64,000 nucleotides of DNA from an uncultured Eubacteriales bacterium (GCA_964638835.1 CAZWZB010000004.1:65407-129406), one strand, 5' to 3'. Positions 20,877 through 31,560 are shown, counted from the stretch's first letter. The notes: generated from the sequence alone by a model not told the origin. A program made the numbers and translations.

Positions 20877-22958
20877 ATGGCAAAATATTTAGTGATTGTT
20901 GAATCACCAGCAAAAGCTAAAACTATAAAAAAATTTTTGGGAAGTTCTTATAAAATAGAAGCATCAATGGGACACGTAAGAGATTTACCAAAGAGTGATA
21001 TGGGTATTGATATAGAAAATAATTTTGAACCAAGATATATTACAATAAGAGGTAAAGGTGAATTACTAACCAAACTTAGAAAAGAAGTAAAATCAGCAGA
21101 TAAAGTTTATTTAGCAACTGACCCTGACCGTGAAGGAGAAGCAATATCATGGCATTTGTTACATTCGTTAAAACTTAGTGAAGAAAATACAAGCAGAATA
21201 ACATTTAATGAAATAACTAAAAATGCAGTTAAAAAATCTATAAAAGAAGCTAGAAATATAGATATGAATTTAGTAAATGCTCAACAAGCAAGGAGAGGAC
21301 TTGACAGAATAGTTGGTTATACAATAAGCCCTATTTTGTGGAAGAAAGTTAAAAAAGGATTAAGTGCTGGTAGAGTACAATCTGTTGCACTTAAAATTAT
21401 ATGTGATAGAGAAGAAGAAATTAATAATTTCATACCTGAAGAATATTGGACATTAGATGTAGTTTTAGAAACAAAAAATAAATTTAAACTTGTTGCAAAA
21501 TTTTACGGTGAAAATGATAAAAAAATCGATTTAAAGTCAGAACAAGAAGTTCTTAATATTTTAGAAAATATAAAAGATAAAAAATTTACTATAAGTGAAA
21601 TAAAAAATGGTTACAGAATAAAAAATCCTTCCCCTCCTTTCACAACAAGTACATTACAGCAAGAAGCATCAAAAATTCTTGGGTTTACAACTCAAAAAAC
21701 TATGATGGTAGCACAACAATTATATGAAGGAATTGATATAAAAGGAGAAGGTATGCTTGGGCTTGTAACTTATATACGTACAGACTCTGTAAGAATATCA
21801 GATGAAGCTTATGATGATTCAAAAAAATATATAAGTTCACATTATGGGGAACAATATAATGTATTTAAAAGAGCTGAATATAAATCAAGAGGTAAAACCC
21901 AAGATGCTCATGAAGCTATACGACCTACTTATGTAAATAAATCTGCTGATATTATAAAAGATTCTCTTACGCCTGACCAATATAAACTTTATAAATTAAT
22001 TTGGGAAAGGTTTATAGCAAGTCAAATGATATCTGCTATATATGAAACTATTTCTGTAAAAATATATGTAGACAATTACTTATTTAAAGCATCTAGTTCA
22101 TTATTAAGATTTGATGGATTTTTAAAAGTATATAAATCAGATATAGAAGATGATACAAATAAATTACCATCTTTAAAAGAAAATGAAACATTATCAATAC
22201 TTAAATTTGAACCATTACAACATTTTACACAACCACCTGCTCGTTTTACAGAAGCATCTCTTGTAAAAACATTAGAAGAAATAGGAGTAGGACGACCAAG
22301 TACTTATGTTCCTACAATTGGTACTATAATACAAAGAGGGTATGTTGTTAAAGAAGCAAAAAACTTTTATCCAACTGAATTAGGTGAAATTATAAATGAA
22401 ATAATGACTAATAATTTCAAAGACATAGTAAATATAGATTTTACAGCAGAACTTGAAGAACAATTAGATAAAGTTGAAGAAGGAGATATTGAATGGAAAG
22501 ATGTTATAAGAAATTTTTATACTCCATTTAAAGAAAATTTAGAAATTGCTGAAGAAAATATAAGTAAAATTGAAATTGCAGATGAAGTAACAGACGTAAT
22601 ATGTGATAAATGTGGTAGAAATATGGTCATAAAATACGGTAGATACGGAAAATTTCTTGCATGTCCCGGATATCCTGATTGTCAAAATGCTAAACCTTTT
22701 TTTGAAAATGCTGATGTAACCTGCCCTATTTGTTCAGGTAATGTCCAAATCAAAAAAACAAAAAAAGGTAGAAAGTATTATGGTTGCGAAAATAACCCTG
22801 AGTGTAATTTTATGTCTTGGAGTAAACCAACTGGCGAAAAATGTCCTGTATGTGGAGAATTTTTAATAGAAAAAGGAAGTAAAAATCCTAAAGTTATTTG
22901 TTCAAATCAGAATTGTGGTTATATAAAACCCAATATAGAAGAAAAAGCAGAAGTATAA
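20877..22958 (+). CDS. topA: DNA topoisomerase I
   Basis: LVIVESPAKAK, ATDPDREGE, SAGRVQS, TYIRTDS, C-terminal zinc ribbons. Confidence 0.97.
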   Translation: MAKYLVIVESPAKAKTIKKFLGSSYKIEASMGHVRDLPKSDMGIDIENNFEPRYITIRGKGELLTKLRKEVKSADKVYLATDPDREGEAISWHLLHSLKLSEENTSRITFNEITKNAVKKSIKEARNIDMNLVNAQQARRGLDRIVGYTISPILWKKVKKGLSAGRVQSVALKIICDREEEINNFIPEEYWTLDVVLETKNKFKLVAKFYGENDKKIDLKSEQEVLNILENIKDKKFTISEIKNGYRIKNPSPPFTTSTLQQEASKILGFTTQKTMMVAQQLYEGIDIKGEGMLGLVTYIRTDSVRISDEAYDDSKKYISSHYGEQYNVFKRAEYKSRGKTQDAHEAIRPTYVNKSADIIKDSLTPDQYKLYKLIWERFIASQMISAIYETISVKIYVDNYLFKASSSLLRFDGFLKVYKSDIEDDTNKLPSLKENETLSILKFEPLQHFTQPPARFTEASLVKTLEEIGVGRPSTYVPTIGTIIQRGYVVKEAKNFYPTELGEIINEIMTNNFKDIVNIDFTAELEEQLDKVEEGDIEWKDVIRNFYTPFKENLEIAEENISKIEIADEVTDVICDKCGRNMVIKYGRYGKFLACPGYPDCQNAKPFFENADVTCPICSGNVQIKKTKKGRKYYGCENNPECNFMSWSKPTGEKCPVCGEFLIEKGSKNPKVICSNQNCGYIKPNIEEKAEV

Positions 22959-23147
22959 ATACTTACTAAATTTTAATGATTTAAAAAATATGAGTAAATA
23001 ACTTAGTCAAACAAATAACGAAGTTACTTAAAGTGTTTTCAATTGATATATTTATAATGCAAATTTATTGACTATATAATCAAAATTTCAATTGAATTCA
23101 TATTATTACTCATATTTTTTTAATAACCTTATTAGGGAGTGTAGATT

Positions 23148-23867
23148 GTGGATAGTACATTATATAAGATACGAAAAGTTAATAAATTATTTCAAAATTT
23201 AAATCATAACTTAGTATTTGAAGATATTTGTAACAAGCTAAGTAATTTTTTAACTTCTAGTGTATTAATAGTAGATATAAGAGGAAATTCATTAGGGTAT
23301 AATTCAAAATATGTAAATTTGATTAATAATACTATTTATATTGAACGATTAAATTCTATAACAGAGACTAGAGAGATAAACAGCAAAGAAATTTTTAAAA
23401 ACAAAGAAGAATTTATTATTACTGTAATACCTATAATTTATGCTAATAATAGACAAGGTACACTACTAATGTATAAAGAAAATAATTTTTCTTTAGAAGA
23501 TATTATAGTAAGTGAGCATATTTCAACAATAATTGGGTTAGAGATTTTCCATATTAATAATCAAATTATTACAGAAAGATATAGAAAAAGTTCAATTGTT
23601 AAATGTGCTATAAACACATTATCATATTCAGAATTAGAAGCAATTGTTAATGTTTTTAATGAACTTAATGAAGTAGAAAGAGAAGGTTTAATAGTAGCAA
23701 GCAAAGTTGCAGAAAGATGGAAAATGACACGTTCTGTAATTGTAAATGCACTTAGAAAACTTGAAAGTGCTGATATTATTGAATCAAGGTCTTTGGGTAT
23801 GAAAGGAACTTACATAAAAGTATTGAATGAATTATTATTTGAAGAATTAAAAAAACTAAAAAGATAA
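23148..23867 (+). CDS. codY: CodY transcriptional regulator (divergent GAF domain)
   Basis: TLSYSELEA, TRSVIVNALRKLESA..IESRSLGMKGT; located after topA. Confidence 0.88.
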   Translation: MDSTLYKIRKVNKLFQNLNHNLVFEDICNKLSNFLTSSVLIVDIRGNSLGYNSKYVNLINNTIYIERLNSITETREINSKEIFKNKEEFIITVIPIIYANNRQGTLLMYKENNFSLEDIIVSEHISTIIGLEIFHINNQIITERYRKSSIVKCAINTLSYSELEAIVNVFNELNEVEREGLIVASKVAERWKMTRSVIVNALRKLESADIIESRSLGMKGTYIKVLNELLFEELKKLKR

Positions 23868-23880
23868 AGGAGTGTTTGTA

Positions 23881-24243
23881 ATGGTGTGCATACGTGGAGC
23901 TATAACAGTTACAAAAAATAATAAAGAAGAAATATTAAGCACTACAGAAGAATTATTAAAGGAAATAATGCAAGTTAACAACTTAGATATTGATGAAATA
24001 GTATCAATAATATTCACAGCAACAAAAGATTTAGATGAAATTTATCCTGCTGTTGCTGCTAGAAATTTAGGAATTATAAATGCTGGATTAATGTGTTTTC
24101 AAGAAATGTATGTAAAAGACAGCTTACCTATGTGTATAAGAGTAATGTTACAAATCCAAACAACAAAAACTCAAAAAGATGTAAAACATATTTATATGAA
24201 AGGTGCTAAAGTATTGAGACCTGATATAAATTATAAGGAGTGA
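23881..24243 (+). CDS. aroH: chorismate mutase, AroH type
   Basis: IRGAIT, IIFTATKDL, YPAVAAR, CIRV, LRPD. Confidence 0.9.
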   Translation: MVCIRGAITVTKNNKEEILSTTEELLKEIMQVNNLDIDEIVSIIFTATKDLDEIYPAVAARNLGIINAGLMCFQEMYVKDSLPMCIRVMLQIQTTKTQKDVKHIYMKGAKVLRPDINYKE

Positions 24244-24248
24244 TTTAT

Positions 24249-25901
24249 ATGAAACCTATGCCAATAGGAGTTAGTGATTTTAAAAGAGTAATTAAAGATT
24301 GTTATTATATAGATAAAACTTTATTTATTAAAGATATAATTGACGAATTAAATGGAGTACTTTTAATAGCTCGACCTCGTCGTTTTGGTAAAACATTAAA
24401 TATGAGTATGCTTAAATATTACTTTGAAAACAATAAAGAATATTCTAATTTATTTGATGGTTTAAATATATCTAAATCAGGAGAAAAATATAAACAAGAA
24501 CAAAATAAATATCCTGTAATTTATATTACTTTAAAAGATGTTAAATGTGATGATTGGGAAAATACTTATCATAAATTAAAAACTGTAATACAAAGTATAT
24601 TTATTAAATATAAATCTATTTTAATAAGTGATAAATTTGAAACAGAAGAAAAAGATTATGTAACTAGGATTTTAAATTTAACAGGAACTCAAGCTGATTA
24701 TGAAGATACTTTAAGTAAATTAACTAATTTTCTATATAGATATTATAATATAGAACCTATATTGTTAATAGATGAATATGATGTGCCAATACAAAGTGGA
24801 CATGTAAATAAATTTTATAATAATATAATAAGCTTTATGAGAAATTGGTTAAGTGGAGGTTTAAAAGATAATAATTATTTAAAATTTGCAGTAATAACTG
24901 GTATACTTAGAGTAGCAAAAGAAAGTATATTTAGTGGGCTTAATAATTTAGAAATTTCTACTGTATTAGATAAAAAATATAATACTTATTTTGGATTTAC
25001 ACAACAAGAAGTAGAACAAATAGCAAGAGATTATAAATGTGAAGATAAAATATTAGAATTAAAAGATTGGTATAATGGTTATAAGTTTGGTGATATAGAA
25101 ATATATAATTCATGGTCAGTTATTAATTACTTTAGAAATGATTGTACACCAAAGGCATATTGGTTAAATACAAGTAGTAATGATATAATTTATGAATTGA
25201 TTAAAGAAGCAGATAATAAAATGAAAGATAACTTAAAATTTTTATTAGAAGGTAAAAAAGTAGAATGCGTTATAAATACTCATATAGTTTACAATGATAT
25301 AAAAAAGCATCATGAAAATTTATATAGTTTTTTATTGTTAACAGGTTATTTAAAAGTTATTTCAAGTAGAATAGTTATAAATTCAACTAAATATACCTTA
25401 GCAATACCAAACAAAGAATTATTATTTGTATATCAAGAAGAAATATTAAATCAACTGGTAAAAGGCATGTCATTTAATGAAATGATAGATATATTAGATG
25501 CACTATTACAAGGAGATATCAATACATTTAAAACGTTATTTGAAGATTTAATATTAAAATGTATAAGTTATATAGATACAACAGAAAGCTTTTATCATGG
25601 ACTAGTATTAGGTATAGTTGCGTTATTAATAGATACTCATTATGTTAAATCTAATAGGGAAAGTGGATATGGAAGATTTGATATTATGCTAATACCAAAA
25701 GATAAAAATTTACAAGGTATAATAATAGAATTTAAAGTATCAAATAAAGAGGATAATTTAAAAGAAAAAGCAGAAGAAGCTTTAAAACAAATTGATGATA
25801 AAAAATATGAGACTGAACTTAAAAATATAGGAATAACTGATATATATAAATATGGAATAGCTTTTTGTGGTAAACAAGTAGAAATAATTTGTAATATATA
25901 A
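24249..25901 (+). CDS. AAA-ATPase-like protein with a C-terminal PD-(D/E)XK nuclease domain
   Basis: PIGVSDF, YIDKT, RPRRFGKTL, LIDEYD, SNRESGYGRFDI..IIEFK. Confidence 0.9.
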   Translation: MKPMPIGVSDFKRVIKDCYYIDKTLFIKDIIDELNGVLLIARPRRFGKTLNMSMLKYYFENNKEYSNLFDGLNISKSGEKYKQEQNKYPVIYITLKDVKCDDWENTYHKLKTVIQSIFIKYKSILISDKFETEEKDYVTRILNLTGTQADYEDTLSKLTNFLYRYYNIEPILLIDEYDVPIQSGHVNKFYNNIISFMRNWLSGGLKDNNYLKFAVITGILRVAKESIFSGLNNLEISTVLDKKYNTYFGFTQQEVEQIARDYKCEDKILELKDWYNGYKFGDIEIYNSWSVINYFRNDCTPKAYWLNTSSNDIIYELIKEADNKMKDNLKFLLEGKKVECVINTHIVYNDIKKHHENLYSFLLLTGYLKVISSRIVINSTKYTLAIPNKELLFVYQEEILNQLVKGMSFNEMIDILDALLQGDINTFKTLFEDLILKCISYIDTTESFYHGLVLGIVALLIDTHYVKSNRESGYGRFDIMLIPKDKNLQGIIIEFKVSNKEDNLKEKAEEALKQIDDKKYETELKNIGITDIYKYGIAFCGKQVEIICNI

Positions 25902-25920
25902 AGGCAATTTTGGTCGTCCA
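25898..25920 (+). repeat. decayed GTAG-REP copy
   Basis: ataaaggcaattttggtcgtcca aligns to GTAGGGGCGACCTTTGGTCGTCCG with transitions and one gap. Confidence 0.4.
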
Positions 25921-25960
25921 TTCTAATTGGTAAAAATAAAATTTATTATTTAAAAAGTAT

Positions 25961-25989
25961 TTGACATTGGTTTTTTAATATGTTATCAT
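25961..25989 (+). promoter_or_regulatory. sigma-A promoter of asd-dapA
   Basis: TTGACA-N17-TATCAT with an extended TG. Confidence 0.8.
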
Positions 25990-26004
25990 ATTTACAATTT
26001 AATA

Positions 26005-26190
26005 TTATGATAGAGGTGCAAATTTTAAGAGTATATAAACGGATGTATTAAGGTACAGAAGAAGTTTATAAAAAGGAATATTTGCCGAAGATGAAAAACA
26101 CCTTAATGTTTGAATCTGGTTGTTTAGTTAATAACTACTCAATTGTCATCAATTAGTACTAATATTACTATGATGGAGAGCTATTTGTAT
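26005..26190 (+). ncRNA. lysine riboswitch (L-box)
   Basis: AGAGGTGC...AAAGG..GCCGAA...CTGG...AATA...TGTCA...TGGAGAGCTA upstream of asd-dapA. Confidence 0.9.
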
Positions 26191-26229
26191 TTATTTTAAA
26201 AATTATGATTTTAATTTTTATATATTTTC

Positions 26230-26255
26230 AGCTAGCATACGTGCTAGCTTTTTTA
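26230..26255 (+). terminator. riboswitch expression-platform terminator
   Basis: agctagca-tacg-tgctagct followed by a T run. Confidence 0.8.
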
Positions 26256-26349
26256 ATTTTAAAGTAATATACTTTAAGTACAAAGTACAATTTACAATTG
26301 ATGTTATCATAATCATATAATATAAATATAAATTTAGGAGGAAGTTTAA

Positions 26350-27357
26350 ATGAAAAAATTTAATTTAGCTGTAGTTGGTGTTACTGGAATGGTTGGAAGA
26401 ACTTTTATAAAAGTATTAGAAGAAAAAAATCTACCAATTGATAATTTTTATGTATTTGCATCTGCACGTTCTAAAGGACAAAAAATAATGTTCAAAGATA
26501 AAGAATACATTGTTGAAGAACTAACAGAAACATCATTTGATAGAGGTATAGATATTGCTTTATTCTCAGCAGGAGGAGATATAAGTCAAAAGTTTGCACC
26601 TATAGCAGCTAAATGTGGTTGTGTTGTTATAGATAATAGTTCAGCATGGCGTATGAACGATGAAGTTCCATTAGTAGTTCCTGAAGTTAACCCTGAAGAT
26701 ATAAATCTTAATAAAGGTATTATTGCAAATCCTAACTGCTCTACTATACAAGCAATGGTTGCATTAAAACCTTTACATGACAAATATAAAATTAAACGTA
26801 TTGTGTATTCTACATATCAAGCTGTTTCTGGTGCTGGTATGGCTGGTCATACTGATTTAGAAGAAGGCTTAAAAGGAAATTCGCCAAAAAAATTTCCTCA
26901 TAGTATAGCAAATAATTGCTTACCGCATATTGATGTATTTACAGAAACCGGTTATACAAAAGAAGAAATTAAAATGATTAATGAAACAAGAAAAATTCTT
27001 CATTCACCTAATATGAAAATTACAGCAACAGCAGTACGTGTACCTGTATTTAATAGTCATAGTGAATCTATTAATGTAGAATTTGAAAATCCATTTGAAT
27101 TGGAAGAGCTCATAGAAATATTAAAAAATTCTAAAGGTATTATATTAAAAAATAATTCACAACAAAATGAATATCCATTAGCAACAGAAGCAACAGGACA
27201 TGACGAAGTATTTGTTGGAAGAATAAGACGTGATGAAAGTGTTGAAAATGGAGTAAATTTATGGGTTGTAGCAGATAATATTAGAAAAGGTGCTGCTTCT
27301 AATGCAGTGCAGATAGCAGAGGTTTTAATCCAAAACTTAAATGAAAGGGGAATTTGA
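26350..27357 (+). CDS. asd: aspartate-semialdehyde dehydrogenase
   Basis: GVTGMVG, IDNSSAWRM, ANPNCST, DNIRKGAA. Confidence 0.97.
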   Translation: MKKFNLAVVGVTGMVGRTFIKVLEEKNLPIDNFYVFASARSKGQKIMFKDKEYIVEELTETSFDRGIDIALFSAGGDISQKFAPIAAKCGCVVIDNSSAWRMNDEVPLVVPEVNPEDINLNKGIIANPNCSTIQAMVALKPLHDKYKIKRIVYSTYQAVSGAGMAGHTDLEEGLKGNSPKKFPHSIANNCLPHIDVFTETGYTKEEIKMINETRKILHSPNMKITATAVRVPVFNSHSESINVEFENPFELEELIEILKNSKGIILKNNSQQNEYPLATEATGHDEVFVGRIRRDESVENGVNLWVVADNIRKGAASNAVQIAEVLIQNLNERGI

Positions 27358-27358
27358 T

Positions 27359-28243
27359 ATGTTATTTAAGGGTTGTGGAGTTGCACTTGTAACACCTTTT
27401 AATGAAAAAGGAGAAATTAATTACAAAGTATTAGATGAACTTATAGAATTTCAAATATCTAATCAAACAGATGCAATAATATCATGTGGTACTACAGGAG
27501 AAGCATCAACATTAACAGATGAAGAACAAATTAGTTGCATAAAAGCAGTTGTAGATAGAGTAAATAAAAGAGTTCCTGTTATAGCAGGAGCAGGAAGTAA
27601 TAATACTGAACATGCAATTTATCTTGCTAAAAAATCAAAAGAAGTAGGAGCAGATGGTTTATTATTAGCTACCCCTTATTATAATAAAACAACTCAAAAA
27701 GGACTTATACAACATTATAAGCTTATAGCAAAAGAAGTTGACTTGCCAATAATTTTATATAATGTACCAAGTAGAACAGGTTTAAATCTTACACCAAATA
27801 CAGCATATGAATTATCAAAAGTAAGTAATATAGTTGGTATTAAAGAAGCAAGTGGTAATATATCACAAGTAGCAGAAATAGCAGCATTATGTGGTAAAGA
27901 TTTTAGTATTTATTCTGGCTGTGATGACCAGATAGTACCTTTACTTTCTTTAGGAGGTAAAGGAGTTATATCTGTAGTCGCTAATATTTTGCCGAAAGAT
28001 ACTGCCGACATATGTAATAAATTTTTTGATGGTGACATAGAAGGAGCATTAGATTTACAATTAAAAATGCTTAGTTTAATTAATGCTTTATTTATAGAAG
28101 TTAATCCTATACCAATAAAAACTGCTATGAACCTTATAGGTTATAATGTTTCTGAATGTAGAATGCCTCTTACATCTATGGAAGATAAAAATGTTGAAAA
28201 ACTTAAAGCTGAATTAATAAAATATGGCATAAATATTAAATAA
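27359..28243 (+). CDS. dapA: 4-hydroxy-tetrahydrodipicolinate synthase
   Basis: ALVTPF, GTTGE, PYYNK, YNVPSRTG, GIKEASG. Confidence 0.97.
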   Translation: MLFKGCGVALVTPFNEKGEINYKVLDELIEFQISNQTDAIISCGTTGEASTLTDEEQISCIKAVVDRVNKRVPVIAGAGSNNTEHAIYLAKKSKEVGADGLLLATPYYNKTTQKGLIQHYKLIAKEVDLPIILYNVPSRTGLNLTPNTAYELSKVSNIVGIKEASGNISQVAEIAALCGKDFSIYSGCDDQIVPLLSLGGKGVISVVANILPKDTADICNKFFDGDIEGALDLQLKMLSLINALFIEVNPIPIKTAMNLIGYNVSECRMPLTSMEDKNVEKLKAELIKYGINIK

Positions 28244-28271
28244 AAAAAAGCAGGTTTTAAACCTGCTTTTT
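28244..28271 (+). terminator. rho-independent terminator
   Basis: aaaaaagcaggttt-t-aaacctgctttttt. Confidence 0.85.
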
Positions 28272-28299
28272 TGTTATAATAAATTTAAAGGAGATTACT

Positions 28300-29112
28300 A
28301 TGGAAGAATATATATTTATAAAAACAGATGCTAATGGTAATAAAGAATTAAACTTAAAAAATAATATACACAAACAAATACTTTTAGAATTATATAATCC
28401 TAAAAGTTTAATAACTTTAAGTGAAAATTTATCTATCCCACAAAATATATTATTAAAAGAACTTAATATATTAGAAAAAGCAAAACTTATTAAAAATTCA
28501 AATAATACTTTTAGTACAAATTTTATAATTTTAAATAAAGATATAACAGAATATTTACATGAGGAAATAAAAAAATTTAGTGAATATTTGGCTATTAATA
28601 TTGTTGAATGTTTCAAAACAAATAAAAAACAAATACTTAGTGTATGTGAATTAGATGAAGATATATGTATAAATTTATTTATTTTAATAGCTACAGATAT
28701 TATATATATGCAATTATTAGAAAAGTTAAATTATAATTTTAATGAGAAACGAATCATTACAGGTCAAGTAAGTATTGGTAATAAATATATATTTAAAACT
28801 AATATTGTTTGCAAAAAAGATAATATTTTCATTTATGGTGACAAAAAAACTAAAAATATAATCACTTTTACTATAGATGAATATTTTCAAATAGTGTATA
28901 ATGTTTATAAGTTATGTGAAACACTAAAAAATAATAATATTTTAAATATTATAACAAGATTGAAAACTTATACACACAAAAGCTTAAATGAACAAATCAA
29001 ATGTGTAGTTGAAAACCAAATAGTATATTTAAGATATGAGGTTATAAATTGGTGTTTAACAAACTATATATTAAAGGAAAATTTACAAATGAAATTTATT
29101 ATTAAACAATAA
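28300..29112 (+). CDS. hypothetical protein with a probable N-terminal winged HTH
   Basis: ILLELYNPKSLITLSENLSIPQNILLKELNILEKAKLI pattern; GGAG RBS. Confidence 0.55.
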   Translation: MEEYIFIKTDANGNKELNLKNNIHKQILLELYNPKSLITLSENLSIPQNILLKELNILEKAKLIKNSNNTFSTNFIILNKDITEYLHEEIKKFSEYLAINIVECFKTNKKQILSVCELDEDICINLFILIATDIIYMQLLEKLNYNFNEKRIITGQVSIGNKYIFKTNIVCKKDNIFIYGDKKTKNIITFTIDEYFQIVYNVYKLCETLKNNNILNIITRLKTYTHKSLNEQIKCVVENQIVYLRYEVINWCLTNYILKENLQMKFIIKQ

Positions 29113-29128
29113 GGATGGTTGGATTAAA

Positions 29129-29956
29129 ATGATTAAAAGTAATATTTATTTAAAAAGTGCTTTAGATAATACATTATCTAGTAGCGAAATCAAAGAGTAC
29201 TTAAAAACAAATTTAGTGGGTAATAACATTCAAATATTAAAAACCGTACCTTCCACTAATACATATTTAAAAACAAAAGCTATCCAAGAAGCTAAAGAAG
29301 GACTTGTATTAATTTCAGAAGAACAAACTATGGGTAGAGGTGGAATGAACAGCAAATTTTATTCACCATCAAAAGCAGGTATATACATGAGTATTTTGTT
29401 ACATCCTAATATAAAAATGACAGATATTAATATAATAACTGTAGTTGCTGCAGTATCTATTTTAGAAGCTATTAAAAATAAATTAAATATAAAAACTTCA
29501 ATAAAATGGCCTAATGATATATTGTATGGTGATAAAAAATTAGGTGGTATTTTAACAGAAGCAGCAATAGAAGTTGAAAGTAGATATGTTGAATATGTAA
29601 TATTAGGTATAGGCTTAAATGTAAACACATTTGAAGTAGATGAATTATCTAATATATCTATATCAATAGAAGATATTATACATAAAGTTTGTAACAGAAA
29701 TATTCTTATAGCAGAAATTCTAAACCAGTTTGAAAAAAATTACAATGAATTATTAAATAATAATAAAGACATACTAATTAATAATTATAGAAAAAATCTT
29801 GTATCTATTGGAGAAAAAGCAAGAATTATTAAAAATAATATTCATTATTATGCGAGAGTTGAAGGAATAGATGATAATATCAATTTACTTATTAGAGAAG
29901 AAAATGGAGATATTAAAGCTATGAATTCAGGAGAAATAAGTATACAGTTATTTTAA
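29129..29956 (+). CDS. birA: biotin--protein ligase without a DNA-binding HTH (variant GRGG loop)
   Basis: STN, EEQTMGRGG, IKWPNDI..KKLGGIL, GIGLNV. Confidence 0.85.
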   Translation: MIKSNIYLKSALDNTLSSSEIKEYLKTNLVGNNIQILKTVPSTNTYLKTKAIQEAKEGLVLISEEQTMGRGGMNSKFYSPSKAGIYMSILLHPNIKMTDINIITVVAAVSILEAIKNKLNIKTSIKWPNDILYGDKKLGGILTEAAIEVESRYVEYVILGIGLNVNTFEVDELSNISISIEDIIHKVCNRNILIAEILNQFEKNYNELLNNNKDILINNYRKNLVSIGEKARIIKNNIHYYARVEGIDDNINLLIREENGDIKAMNSGEISIQLF

Positions 29957-29975
29957 ACCTCTTTATTATAAGGAG

Positions 29976-31244
29976 ATGATTAATTTGCTACATTTTTTGA
30001 ATAGTTTAAGTATTTTGGGGTATTCTATACGGAGTTTTTTAAAATGGATCTTAATTGCAATTTTAACAGGCTTATTAATAGGAGGCGTTGGAACATTATT
30101 TCATATTTTACTTGATGAAGCAACTATACTAAGAGAAACCTACAGTTGGTTAATATTATTTTTACCATTAGGTGGTATAGTAATAGCATATTGTTATAAA
30201 TTATGCAATATGTCAAATGATAGAGGTACAAATTTAATTTTATTAGCTGTAAGAGATAATAAAGAACTTACTTTAAAAACTACTATATTAATTTTTGGAA
30301 GTACTATAATAACTCATTTATTTGGAGGCTCATCAGGAAGAGAAGGTGCTGCCCTACAAATAGGAGGCAGCATTTCCTCACAACTAGGTAAAATACTTAA
30401 TCTTGATGAAAAGGATAAAAGAATTATAACAATGTGTGGTATGAGTGCAGGTTTTGCGGCTTTATTTGGAACACCACTTACGGCCGCAATTTTTGCAATG
30501 GAAGTTGCAACAGTTGGAGTTATGCATTATTCAGCAATGGTTCCTTGTTTGTTATCAGCAATTTTTGCTTCCAAAGTAGCATTATTTTTTGGTTTAGAAC
30601 CTCAAGCTTTTAAAATTTTATCAGTCCCACAATTAACACTTTCAAATATTGTTGAAATGGGTTTGATTGCAATTTTATTTTCAGCACTTAGTATTTTATT
30701 TTGTTTTGCTATGCATCAAACAAGTAATTATTATAAGAAATTTTTTCCTAATACAATAATTCGGATAGCAGTTGGTGGAGTTATTGTTGTAGTATTAACA
30801 TATATATTAGGAACACATTACTATAATGGAGCAGGTGTAGATATAATACATCAAGCATTTGAAGGAGATGTAAGTCCATTTGCATTTATATTAAAAATAA
30901 TTTTTACAGCACTTACATTAGGAGCGGGTTTTAAAGGTGGAGAAATTGTACCATCATTTTTTATTGGAGCAACTTTTGGTAATACTATTTCAAAATTTTT
31001 TAAGTTAAATTCTTCATTTTGTGCCGGACTTGGTTTAATAGCTGTTTTCAGTGCCGTTACTAATTGCCCTATTACTTCTATATTTATGAGTATTGAACTA
31101 TTTGGTTCTGAAGGTTTAATTTTCTTTGCTGTAATTTGTGCTATAAGTTATATGTTGTCAGGGTATAGTGGATTATATGATGAGCAGAGAATTCTTTATT
31201 CTAAACTTAAACCTCTTTATATAGATAAAAAAATAGAAGAGTAA
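29976..31244 (+). CDS. ClC family chloride/fluoride channel-transporter (EriC-like)
   Basis: GTNLI, GSSGREGA, FGTPL, GFKGGEIVP. Confidence 0.88.
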   Translation: MINLLHFLNSLSILGYSIRSFLKWILIAILTGLLIGGVGTLFHILLDEATILRETYSWLILFLPLGGIVIAYCYKLCNMSNDRGTNLILLAVRDNKELTLKTTILIFGSTIITHLFGGSSGREGAALQIGGSISSQLGKILNLDEKDKRIITMCGMSAGFAALFGTPLTAAIFAMEVATVGVMHYSAMVPCLLSAIFASKVALFFGLEPQAFKILSVPQLTLSNIVEMGLIAILFSALSILFCFAMHQTSNYYKKFFPNTIIRIAVGGVIVVVLTYILGTHYYNGAGVDIIHQAFEGDVSPFAFILKIIFTALTLGAGFKGGEIVPSFFIGATFGNTISKFFKLNSSFCAGLGLIAVFSAVTNCPITSIFMSIELFGSEGLIFFAVICAISYMLSGYSGLYDEQRILYSKLKPLYIDKKIEE

Positions 31245-31268
31245 GTATAATACTTACTCTTTTTTTTA
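31237..31268 (+). terminator. rho-independent terminator
   Basis: aagagtaagta-taa-tacttactctt followed by a T run. Confidence 0.75.
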
Positions 31269-31534
31269 TTATTGTAAGGATAATGTTACTTTTAGGAATT
31301 TTTACTTAACATTTTCATTAACTTTTCATATATATTACTGTAAAATATGATATAGTAATGTTATTTTAATTATATCATACTATATTACTTTATTTATTTC
31401 AAATAAATATTTATATTTTTTATTCTATGTAAAATAATAAATCTTTTTAAATTTCTCATTTATATTGAATCTTAAAAATAAATTCAACAATTAAATTAAC
31501 AAGTAATAGTAACTAAAATTAAAAATCAATTCTA

Positions 31535-31560
31535 TGTCGCACTTTATTTAAAGTGCGACA
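31535..31560. repeat. family-A palindrome copy 6, with a downstream AT hairpin (31581-31609) and a family-B-type right end (31611-31626)
   Basis: TGTCGCACTTTA-TT-TAAAGTGCGACA then cgacttt...aattatttagcactct. Confidence 0.92.

Noticed and set aside
24249-25901. AAA/PD-(D/E)XK gene as a defence system or mobile element
   Set aside because: It belongs to a widespread multicopy family in anaerobes, and no partner genes or element ends are visible here.
29957-29990. Fluoride riboswitch before the ClC gene
   Set aside because: Only about 20 bp of intergenic space; GGAGATG is the RBS/start region and the conserved pseudoknot elements are absent.
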